From Camelus dromedarius (lineage: Eukaryota): a stretch of 64,000 nucleotides of DNA. The stretch lies in assembly GCF_036321535.1 (NCBI RefSeq), contig NC_087445.1:10108001-10172000 (forward strand). Reading direction: 5' to 3'. Below are positions 63,721 to 64,000 of this stretch, piece after piece (the stretch's first letter is position 1; every line of letters begins with the position of its first letter). The position numbers were made by a program, and so were the translations under genes. The notes under the pieces were generated by a model that was given only the letters and a program-made list of their open reading frames with translations, was not told the DNA's origin and did no database searches.

Positions 63721-64000
63721 TATCTATAGAGAATATATATGTATACACAGTCATCAGAAAATGTGATATGTATCGCCTATATGTGGAGGAGAGGAAAAGA
63801 CAGGGAGAAGCGGACCATAAAAAGGTGTAAACATGTAGGTGAAAGGAACAGGAAACTTCATGAGCGCCTACTCAAACCATGTTATGGAGTCCAAATTCAT
63901 CGTGCTTGCCATACAACAGGATGATAAATCAAGAAACGAGGTACTGGCATGAGGAAAAGCATGGATATTCGGAGAGCCAGAAGACTGAGAAGATGGGGAA

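Overview
Mammalian, AT-rich, repeat-dense genomic DNA. Two tRNA-derived SINEs of the Vic-1 type and the young L1 3' ends point to a camelid (alpaca, llama or camel); this is recognition from memory, not a database result. I find no intact protein-coding gene, rRNA, tRNA or CRISPR array. Most ORFs in the supplied track are L1, ERV or simple-repeat fragments, or chance ORFs. The window holds many L1 copies of different ages, L2/MIR relics, hAT and Tigger MITEs, a complete LTR-internal-LTR MaLR (MLT1), an LTR16-like solo LTR, and a gammaretroviral ERV remnant (env TM + PPT + 3' LTR). Most LTRs and long L1s lie on the minus strand, which fits an intron of a large plus-strand gene. The best leads are: (1) a TSD-flanked 3.06-kb young L1 with 5'UTR + ORF1 + 3' end but almost no ORF2 (half-L1-like); (2) two candidate frame-preserving plus-strand microexons (6 nt and 9 nt) in CpG-retaining unique sequence; (3) an ERV LTR with a CCAAT/octamer array beside an env TM frame broken by one stop; (4) a solitary poly(A) insertion with a perfect 16-bp TSD; (5) an unexplained 12-bp perfect hairpin. 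Subfamily names are by-eye and the boundaries of old repeats are approximate.
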